DNA of 63,891 nucleotides, filler included, from Chrysochromulina tobinii (taxonomy: Eukaryota), in assembly GCA_001275005.1 (NCBI GenBank). It is 8 parts of 8 records of this genome, joined end to end, with 100 filler letters (N's around TTAATTAATTAA, not from the genome) between each part and the next. Parts side by side here need not be neighbours in the genome. Positions count along the whole stretch, not along the records: positions 40,435 to 50,244 come from JWZX01000787.1; positions 50,345 to 62,663 come from JWZX01000788.1; 6 more parts are not named here. The stretch is one strand, 5' to 3'. The notes below the pieces were generated by a model. It had not been told where the DNA came from and made no database searches. It was given only the letters and a program-made list of their open reading frames with translations. Each line of letters starts with the position of its first letter. Positions within the stretch are counted from its first letter, which is position 1. A program made the translations under genes and the position numbers. Shown piece after piece: positions 46,114 through 56,400 of the stretch.

Positions 46114-46695
46114 GATCTGGGGCGGTCGCGGCTCCTGCGGGCGGCTCGTGCGCGACCCTGTGGCCTGTGCTCACACTTTTGCAATTTGCATGCACTTTTG
46201 ACTTTAGTTTGCTTCCTGCTTAGACTAAGACTTAATCCGCTTGCGCCTACCTTGGCCGCTTGTACCTAGCTACCTTTCCTTCACCCGAGCGGTCGTGGGA
46301 GCCGAAGCCGGTACGGAGTCGGAGAGCGGCGGGAGCGCAGACCCCCGGTGCCCCGGCAGCGACCCACGGTAACGCCATGGGTAATGCGACTCTAAGAAAA
46401 TGGGCCTGCACACACTGGACACTCACACGGGACAAGAGTCAAGACGCACATATGATATATGATGCATGATATGATCTGACGAACGCGTAACGGAACCGCC
46501 GCGACCGGGCAACCGGCTCAACCGCGCACGTCACAGATCTCTGTCATCTGTGATCTGAGATCACACACGACGCCACAAATTCAAATACCAGACCGCGGGT
46601 CGACCACAGTACTCAGTAGCAGTACGGACTGGTCTCGTCGTGCGGTGGTCGCTTCGCGTTAACGGCGTTAAACCTGGCACCCGGCCTGTGCGCCT

Positions 46696-49158
46696 TCACT
46701 TCTGGCTACTCTCTAAACTGTTACTATCCGGATACATGGCCCCCTTCATGAGCGAAAGCCCGTCAATAACGCCAAAGTCGGCATCGGTGGCCGCGCGCAC
46801 GCTCGCGAGATCGACGCCAGATGCAATCTCGCGCAGCGTGAGGCCGGAGCCGTCGGGTGCGACGTCGAAGACGCCGAGTTCGGTGATGAGCATCGACACG
46901 CAGCGTGCGCCGGTGAGGGGCAACGTGCAGTGGCGGAGCACCTTCGAACGCCCTCTCTTGTCGCAGTGCTCCATCGTGACGATCACCTTGGCGGGAGAGG
47001 AGACGAGATCCATCGCGCCGCCCATGCCTTTGACGAGCTTGCCAGGGATAAGGTAGTTGGCCATGTCGCCGTTAGCAGCGACCTGCGCCCGAGCCGAGGG
47101 TGGTCGCAATCAGAGGCGCAATCTGAGGCGCAATCAGAGTCGCAATCAGAGGCGCAATCAGAGGCGCAATCAGACCTGCGCCCGAGCCGAGGGTGGTGAC
47201 GTCGCAGGAGCAATCAGTCTCAATCAGAGGCGCAATCAGAGGCGCAATCAGAGGCGCAATCAGACCTGCATCGAGCCGAGGATGGTCACGTCGCAGTGGC
47301 AATCAGTCGCAATCAGAGGCGCAATCAGCGGCGCAATCAGACCTGCATCGAGCCGAGGATGGTCACGTCGCAGGAGCAATCAGTCGCAATCAGAGGCGCA
47401 ATCAGAGGCGCAATCATGGGCTATCAGAGTCCATCAAGCCTGAGCCCGAGCTGAGGTTGGGCCTCATCAGGCGCAATCAGTCGCAATCAGAGGCGCAATC
47501 AGAGGCGCAATCAGACCTGCATCGAGCCGAGGATGGTCACGTCGCAGTGGCCGCCGCGGATCATTCCAAAAGAGGCATCCGCGCTGAAGTACGAAGCGCC
47601 GGGCAGTGCAGTCACCTGAGTAGGGACGTACTCCGATACACTCAGCCGCAATCAGCCGCAATCAGCCGCAATCAGTCGCACTCAGCCACCATCAGATGCA
47701 ATCAGCCGCCATCAGAGGCACTCAGCTCACCGTCTGCTTGCCCGCGTTGATCAGATCGGCATCCTCTTGCCCCCTTGTGGGGAAAGGGCCGACGCCGAGC
47801 ATCCCGTTCTCGCTCTGCAACGTGATCGAGACGCCTTCGGGAATGAAGTTGCTCACCTGATGAGGGAAGCCATCATAGGTCATCAGAGGTCATCGGAGGT
47901 CATCGGAGGTCATCAGAGGTCATCAGAGGTCATCAGAGGTCATCAGAGGTCATCAGAGGTCATCAGAGGTCATCAGGCGCTCACGAGGGTCGGCAGCCCG
48001 ATGCCCAGGTTGACGTAATCTCCGTCAGCGAGCTCGAGCGCCGCGCGCCGAGCAATCCGCTCTCGGTCCGGCGTCATGGCGTCCCCTTCGGTCCGTTCAC
48101 CGGCGAGGGTGAGGCGCTCGATACAACGCTCGGACGGTCCCTGCACAATCCGCTCGACGAAGAGGCGCCATCAGCGGGCGCAATCAGATGGCGTAATCAG
48201 CCGGCGCAATCAGCCGGCGCCATCAGCGGCGCCATCAGCGGGCGCCATCAGAGGGCGCAATCAGTGAGGTGCAATCAGAGGGCGCCATCACCTGCACGAT
48301 CCGGTCGACGAAGATCCCCGGCGTGTGGATGTCGTTTGGGTCGAGCGTCCCCGCGGGCACGAGCTCCTCCACCTGCCTCGAGGAGGCAATTAGTGGCAAT
48401 CAGAGGCAATTAGTGGCAATCAGAGGCAATTAGAGGCAATCAGGAGCGGGCACGAGCTCCTCCACCTCCGCGATGGTGATCTTGCCCGCCGTCGCCACCG
48501 CCGGGTTGTGATTACGCGAGGTCATGCGATAGATAAGGTTGCCCTCGGTGTCGCCCTTCCACGCGCGCACGAGGGCAAAGTCGCCAGGCAGCGCCCGCTC
48601 CATGATGTACTCCTTACCCTCGAAGAGCTGCGACGCGCGTGGCGTCGAGCCCTTGATGACCTTGCCCGAGCCATCGGATGCGTATCGAACTGGCATGTTG
48701 CCGTGATGAACGAGGGTTCCGACACCGGTGGCGGTGAAGAAGGCCGGGATGCCCGCGCCGGCCGCGCGCATCCGCTCGGCCAGCGTGCCCATCGGCACCA
48801 GCTCGACATCGATCTCGCCGCTCAGGAATTGCTTCTCGAAGAGAGCGTTCTCGCCCACGTACGAGCCGATCATCTTGGAGATCTGCTTGCCCTGGAAGAG
48901 CAGGCCGAGGCCACGCTCGCTCGTGCCCACATTGGAGCTCACCACCGTCAGGTCGCCCACACCCTTCTTTTGCAGCGCAGCGATCAGGTTCTCAGGCACG
49001 CCCGTAAGGCCGAAGCCGCCGACGAGCAGCGTCGCGCCCGACGGCACGTCGGCGACGGCATCGGCGGCCGACGCGAAGACCTTGCCGCCGACCGGCACCG
49101 TCGACGAGCGATGCCGTCGCGCTGCGGCCAACGTCGTCATCAAGGCGCGACGCACCAT
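46696..49158 (-). CDS. OXCT1: Succinyl-CoA:3-oxoacid CoA transferase (fused A+B), mitochondrial-type presequence, 5 introns
   Basis: [52 protein letters not shown] (catalytic Glu), [10 protein letters not shown]. Confidence 0.95.
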
Positions 49159-49341
49159 GGCGAACGCGCCGTGATGGGCTACTCGAATCTCCTCGGGGCA
49201 CCTGATCTTTAGAAAGCAGCAGGACGGGGCAAGTTCAAGTCATGCATAGAGTCGGAACCACGTCGCGTGCGATGTACATGTAGTACCAAGTACCTTTGTA
49301 CTAAGGGACCCAACCTGAAGGTGTGGCCCCAGTCTGCCCCT

Positions 49342-50084
49342 TCAGCGATGGCGCCCACTGGCATGCCCACGGGCTTCAGGGCGCTTGCTTCGTCTGTCCT
49401 TGCCATCCTCGCTGCCATGGCTTCCTTGGCGCTTGCCATCCTCGCTGCCATGGCTTGTTTGGCGCTTGCCATCCTCGCTGCCATGGCTTGCTTGGCGCTT
49501 GGGGCGTCGTCGGTGGTGTCCGCTGCCGCCGCCGCTGCGAAGCCTTTGAGGGGTGGGGCCTTCGCTGCGAGCGTCTCCGCCAGCCTCACCGCCCTCGCCA
49601 TCGCCACCGGCCTCGCCGCCCTCGCCCTCGTCGCCGTCATCGCCACCGTCGCCACCGTCGGCGCTACTGTTGGCACGCCTGCTGCCTGAGCTGCTGCCGC
49701 GCAGGTCGCCTGAGGTGCGCCGGTGGCGGTGCCGGTGCCCTTTTCCCGTGTCCCCTCGGCGCGTTGCAGTCGCCTTCTTGAACGAGCCGCCCATCGCGCC
49801 CGAAACGGCGCCCGATATGGCGCCCGACACGGCGCTCGCCGCGCCGCCGACCCACTTTTTGAACGAGCCGCTCGCGGAGGCGCCCGCTGCGGCACCACCG
49901 CTCACGACGGCGCTCACGCGCTTCAGAAAAGAGGGCGAAGAGTCCGGTGACGTGCCAGCGCCATCCGCGCTGCCGTGGGCGCCATCCGCGCTGCCGTGGG
50001 CGCCTCCCGCGCTGCCGTGGGCGCCTCCCGCCGCGCCTCCTATGAGCCGTTTGAATGAGTTCATCCAGGCTGAGTCTCCATGGG
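49342..50084 (-). CDS. Low-complexity Gly/Ser/Ala-rich 3' exon(s) of a truncated gene
   Basis: Acceptor CAG at 50085-50087 preceded by three branch-point-like repeats; SFKR/SFKK repeats; reading frame of the distal part uncertain. Confidence 0.35.
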
Positions 50085-50443
50085 CTGCGCCGTGGTCAGC
50101 GCCGTGGTCAGCGCCGTGGTGAGCATCGGGGTTGTCAGGGGAGGTCCAGTGGACGGCGGGGGGGCGCCCGGCGTACTCGGCGCCAAGGACATGTTTCCAC
50201 CACTCTGTTGTGCCCTGACGCTCGCAAAGTGGGAGGGGGGAGGGNNNNNNNNNNNNNNNNNNNNNNNNNNNNNNNNNNNNNNNNNNNNTTAATTAATTAA
50301 NNNNNNNNNNNNNNNNNNNNNNNNNNNNNNNNNNNNNNNNNNNNGCAGGGACCGGGTTGTCGCGCTCACCAGGCTGCTTGTGTAGCTCTGATGAACAGCA
50401 ATTCAAGTCAAACACGCGACCAAGTTTACGCACGCGGAGTCGA

Positions 50444-53400
50444 ATGGTGAAGCCCCCCTTGTCGATGAAGACAAAGCTCGACGTGGCCTCCAAGGCTCCC
50501 AAGCTCTTCATCCCGGGGAAAGCTTTCCCCGTGCCTTCAACAGCAGCGCCCGTGCCCGTGCCAACACCGGCATCAGCACCTTCCCGATCCGCTGGAGGGG
50601 CCGCCGTCACCGCACTCGGGCTCGCCGCCAACGCGGAGAAGGCGGCAGCGGAGAAGGCGGTAGTCATGGATGTGGCACCTGGCCGTGGATGGGACTACAT
50701 CCAAGGTAAGGGTGCAGCTGTGCTTCGACACCTCGAGACAGGTCATGCTGTTGGTCTTTCGGATGGCTCAAATGGCTATGTACATCTTAAGCAGGGTGAT
50801 ACAGCGCCTGAACTGGTCGAGTTTCCCCTCGGCACTCAACCACAGGATTGGAGTGCCGAAGAGCGCAGATTGCTTGGCATTCTCATGACTTCGCCAGGCG
50901 CTCATCCGCTGAGCACATCGTTGGGCTGCACCACCACGTTTGGTCGTTGGAAGTTCACTATCGAGGACAGTGGCCTTGTCATGCTACATAATTCGTCTCA
51001 AGGTGAGTCACCGGAGAGAACGCGCTGTCTCGCAGAGCATGGATACGAACGACCACGGAGCGCTCACCACCTAACGGAAATTGTGGCCAAACATGCAGCT
51101 TTGCAGGGGAAGACCGCCGGCACCAACGCGCCGGCGCTCGCGCTCGCGATCGCGACTCCGAGCCTCTTCGGAGGCGCACCGGCGCCAGCTGCCGGCCTTT
51201 TCAGAAGCACACCGGCCGCCGGCCTTTTCAGAAGCACACCGGCGCCAGCTGCCGGCCTTTTCAGAAGCACAACGGCGCCAGCTGCCGGGTTTTTCGTAGC
51301 CCCGGCGCCAGCTGCCGGCCTTTTCGGAGGCGCACCGGCGCCGGCTGTCAACCCCTTCAACGCGCCAGCCGCCGGCCTTTTCGGCGGCGCACCGGCGCCA
51401 GCCGCCGGCCTTTTCGGAGGCGCACCGGCGCCAGCCGCCGGCCCTTTCGGAGGCGCGCAGGCGCCAGCTGCCGGCCTTTTCGTAGCCCCGGCGCCAGCCG
51501 CCGGCCTTTTCGGAGGCGCACCGGCGCCAGCTGCCGGCCTTTTCGGAGGCGCACCAGCGCCAGCCGCCGGCCTTTTCGGCGGCGCACCGGCGCCAGCTGC
51601 CGGCCTTTTCAGAAGTACAACGGCGCCAGCTGCCGGGGTTTTCGTAGCCCCGGCGCCAGCTGCCGGCCTTTTCGGAGGCGCACCGGCGCCGGCTGTCAAC
51701 CCCTTCAACGCGCCAGCCGCCGGCCTCTTCGGAGGCGCACCGGCGCCAGCTGCCGGCCTTTTCGGAGGCGCACCGGCGCCAGCTGTCAACCCCTTCAACG
51801 CGCCAGCCGCCGGCCTTTTCGGCGGCGCACCGGCGCCAGCCGCCGGCCATTTCGGAGGCGCACCGGCGCCAGCCGCCGGCCCTTTCGGAGGCGCACAGGC
51901 GCCAGCTGCCGGGTTTTTCGTAGCCCCGGCGCCAGCCGCCGGCCTTTTCGGAGGCGCACCGGCGCCAGCTGCCGGCCTTTTCGGAGGCGCACCAGCGCCA
52001 GCTGCCGGCCTTTTCGGCGGCGCACCGGCGCCAGCTGCCGGCCTTTTCAGGAGCACACCGGTGCCAGCTGCCGGGTTTTTCGTAGCCCCGGCGCCAGCTG
52101 CCGGCCTTTTCGGAGGCGCACCGGCGCCAGCTGTCAACCCCTTCAATGCGCCAGCCGCCAGCCTCTTCGGAGGCGCACCGGCGCCAGCCGCCGGCCTTTT
52201 CGGAGGCGCACCGGCGCCAGCTGCCGGCCTCTTCGGAGGCGCACCGGCGCCAGCTGCCGGCCTTTTCGGAGGCGCACCGGCGCCAGGTGCCGGTTTTTTC
52301 GTAGCCCCGGCGCCAGCTGCCGGCCTTTTCGGAGGCGCACCAGCGCCAGCTGCCGGCCTTTTCGGAGGCGCACCGGCGCCAGCCGCCGGCCTTTTTGGAG
52401 GCGCACCGGCGCCAGCTGTCAACCCCTTCAACGCGCCAGCTGCCGGCCTCTTCGGAGGCGCACCGGAGCCAGCTGTCAACCCCTTCAACGCGCCAGGATC
52501 TCCGCCGACCTTCACCTTTGGAAGTGCCTCGATAACATTTGGCGCGCCCGCGCCCGCGCCCGCTGTCGGCTTCGGCGACTTTGGCGGTGGTGCCGCTGGC
52601 TTCGGCGATGGTGCCGCCGGCTTTGGCGGTGGTGCCGCCGGCGTTAGCGGGACGGCCGCGGCCGGCACGGGCGACCCACCGTATAAGCCGGTGCAGGAGA
52701 GGGAGCAAGTCGCGGGCGCGCCCGGCCAAGTGCAGGTATACCAGTACTGCTCGATCACCAAGATGCCTCAGTACGGAGCCAAATCGTTGGAGGAGCTCCG
52801 GTTCGAGGACTACGCCAAGGGTAATACGGGTGCAGTCGTACTTCGGGTGGAGGGCGCGGGTGCTTACGACCATGTCCAAGGTGAGTACAAGGTGGACGTC
52901 GCCGCTGGCCCTTGCGCTGCTGAGTGTGCAGATAAGGCGACTCGTGTTTGCGTCGAGTTTGATGGCGGGAAAGGAAGGAACAACTACATCGCTTCGACTG
53001 AGCTCAATCTGACAAGGCTCGCCGGCGGGTACCGGATGGGCGACCGCGTGACGACTCGCGTCGTTTGTGGTAAAGTCGCGGTTGGGGAGGCAGGCACGGT
53101 GATTGGCCCTTGCAGCTCTCAGGTGGACGATAAGGCGACTCGTGTTTGCGTCGAGTTTGATGGCGGGAAAGGACGGTTGAACTACATCGCTTCGACTGAA
53201 CTCCGTCTGACAAGGCTCGCCGGCGGGTACCGGAGGGGCGACCGCGTGACAGCTGGCTTGAACATGTACCCAGTCGCGGTTGGGGACGCAGGCACGGTGA
53301 TTGGCCCTTGCACTGCTGAGTGTGCAGATCAGGCGAATCGTGTCTGCGTCGAGTTTGATGGTGGAAAGGGACGGATCAACTGCCCTGCTTCGATTCTGAT

Positions 53401-56400
53401 GGAGCCGTTGCCACCTCGATTAAGCCAAGCCTTGACAGACAATCATGTGATGTTGAATCAGCTCGACCTGGGCGTGATCGATTGGATGGTAGCCTCGTAC
53501 AAGAAATGCGAATCCGATCAGGAGCGTGATTTTGTGCTCAAGATTATTCTGCAGACCCTCGTCCATGGGTGGCCCCAGTCTTCCAAGCAGGCGGACTGTG
53601 GACGTTACAAGTACTGGAACAGACTGGCACTCGTGCCGAGGAGTCGGCAAGCATTGCAAGCAGCGCTACGGGAGTACTCCGTTAACTACAAACGAGAGTT
53701 ACAAACGAGAGTCTCCGATTACACAGAATTCCTTCATAGTGCGGATAACCAATTCTACCAACAGGTGGAAGCGTGGGCACGGGAGGATGCCATCCTACGC
53801 GAGGCCAAGGAGAAGCAACGGCAGGCGCTCGAGGAGAAGAAGCAGGCCGAAATCAAGGAGCGGGAGGAACGCAGGAAGGCGGTTGAAGCGAGGCAGGCGA
53901 AAGGGAATGTTTCGTCAAGGCTCGAGGACGCTAACCCGGGGAAGAAGAAACCCTGGAGTGTGGATGAATTGGGTTCGGAGCTCTTCCGCCTTGCATTCGA
54001 GGGCGGAGATACGCGACAGCTCGAGCCCCTTCTCAACAAGGTCAGCAACCTGAGCCTCAAGAAGCGGACCAAGGTGCGCGAGTGGGTCGACGATTCGGGT
54101 GCGACGCCGCTGTATGCGGCCGCGTACAACGGCAACGTCGACGCACTCAAGCTGCTCCTACGTGCGCAGTTTGCGCCCGACATGTTCCACACCAAAGATG
54201 GCGTGACGCCCCTCTACGCGGCGTGTGACCGTGGTCATCTGGCGACGGTGAAGGAGCTCGTCAAGGGGCGTGCGGACCCGATGCTCAGCATGCGGGACAC
54301 CGCCTTCACCCCCTTGACCATTGCCGAGACCATCGCCGAGACCAAGGGGACGAAGAGTGTGCACCAGTCGATCGTGGAGCTGCTGCGTGCACACGTGAAC
54401 TCGCCGCAGGTGCTTACGGCAGCGCCGACCAAAAGCTCCGCTGTGCCGACCATGAAGACCCTCACGAAGCTTTTCGAGGACGAGGGTGAGGAGGGGGTCA
54501 AGAACAAGAAGCAACTCGAGGAACTGAAGTTGCAACTCGAGCAAGTCGGGAAGAACAAGAAGCAACTCGAGCAACTCGGGAAGAACAAGTTTGAGAAACA
54601 AAGGGCTTGGGGAGGAGGAGGAGTGATCGAGGAGGAGGGGGAGGAGGGGGAGGAGGGGGAGGAAGCGGAGGGCAGGAAGGAGGGGGAGAACAGGGAGGAC
54701 AGGGAGGACAGAGAGGAGGGGGAGGGCAGGGAGGAGGGTGGTTTCTTCACAAGCGTCGAAACACGTTCGAATGGAAAGGAGGGGGAGGAGCAGCAGCCAG
54801 AGGAGAGCCACTTTCATGTGGAGCAGCAGAGCATCGGGGAGGCAGAGCGTGAGGTGGAGCGAGTCGCTCATCGTCCGGCCTTGAGCTCGGGATTGAGCTC
54901 GGGATTGAGCTCAGCCACGCTCGACAGTGCGACCGTGCGTCCGGCCGAGTCCTTCGACTCCCTCATCACGGCCCTTCACTCTAGTGCCTCAAGCTCTGAT
55001 GTGTTGCGTGCTGCTCTGAAGCAGCTCGACTGTGTCGACGAGGACAGCCTCGATGACGCTCGCAAGAGGCGCTGGCGTGAGGCTCTGAGTTGGGGCCAAG
55101 AGCACCTCGACCACCTGACGATGAAGGAGGCCACCTCGCTCTACGCCCTGGAATGCGAGCTGCCTGTCGACCTTGGACCGAAAAGCTGCTTCTCGGCCCA
55201 CACCATTCTCGTGGTGGACAATAGCGCCTCGATGCGGCAGGTCGATGTGCACACGGGCACCGCTGAGGGCGACATCTCACGGACAGAGGCGGCTAAGCGG
55301 CTACTCACGACACACTTCCTCAAGACGCAGATCGATGCGGGCGCGCAGGCGCACGAGCGCGTGTCGCTGATCAAGATCCAGAGGGGTTCGACGAGGCCCC
55401 CGTTTGCCCTCTTCCCGCTCGATCATAGCCTCGCTGACCGCATCCTGCGCGCCATCGACGAGCCTCGAGGGCATGGCGACTACCTGCCCGCACTCGAGCT
55501 GCTCGCCAAGCTGGTGGAGCTCACAGCCCCTTTCATGAAGGAGAGCGCCAAGACGTCAATCCTCTTCTTCTCCGACGGCAAGCCCTCCGATCACATCGAT
55601 GAGCGCGTGCTGCCCGCGCACCTACGGCAGGCGCTGTCGGAGCTGCACAAGGCAGTGCAGCGGAGCGGCAGTTACATCGAGCAGTTCTCGCTCCTTGGCT
55701 TTGGCGAGGCCGATGAGGCGATGCTGCGCATGATGGCAGAGGCGTACCCCGCGCGCGTGGCTGAGTACCGCGCCGTGAGCGGGCCAGAGGGGTACAAGGC
55801 GCTTGAGACGGCCGTGACCACCTTTGCCTCGTCTGTGGCGGTCTCTCGCCTCTCGTCGGTCTCAGTGACCTTGGACAAGAAGCAGCGTGCGTTGCGTCGC
55901 GTCGACCGCTCCCTGGGCGAGCGCTTCTACCGTTACGAGGACTGCAAGGTGCTGCTCCCGCCAGAGAGGCTAATTCACCTCCATGATTGCCTCTGATATA
56001 CCCGAACGACTCTGATAGCCTCTGATGACCTCTGGTGGCCTATTGATCGCATCCCTCATCAGGTGCTGCTCCCGCCAGAGAGGCTCGGGGACTTTAACTC
56101 GGATCTGCTCAGGCTGCCTGAAGGGCACACCCTTCTGATCTCGTCCAAGCTACTTGGCCACGGCGGCGAGCGCAACGCGTTCGTAGCCTTCTTCCTGTCC
56201 AAGAACAGCTTCACCACTGAAGATGAGGAGTGGGTGGTCAAGGAGAGTCGACACGAGCGCGCGGAGCACGAAGATGACGACTTTCATCGCAAGGCGCTCG
56301 TCACGCAGCATGCGGCGCACATGCTCGCGAAGCGCTTCAACGACGATGCCGAGGCTCTCGAGATAGACGGCCTTCCGAGCGTCTCGTACATGAACCACTG

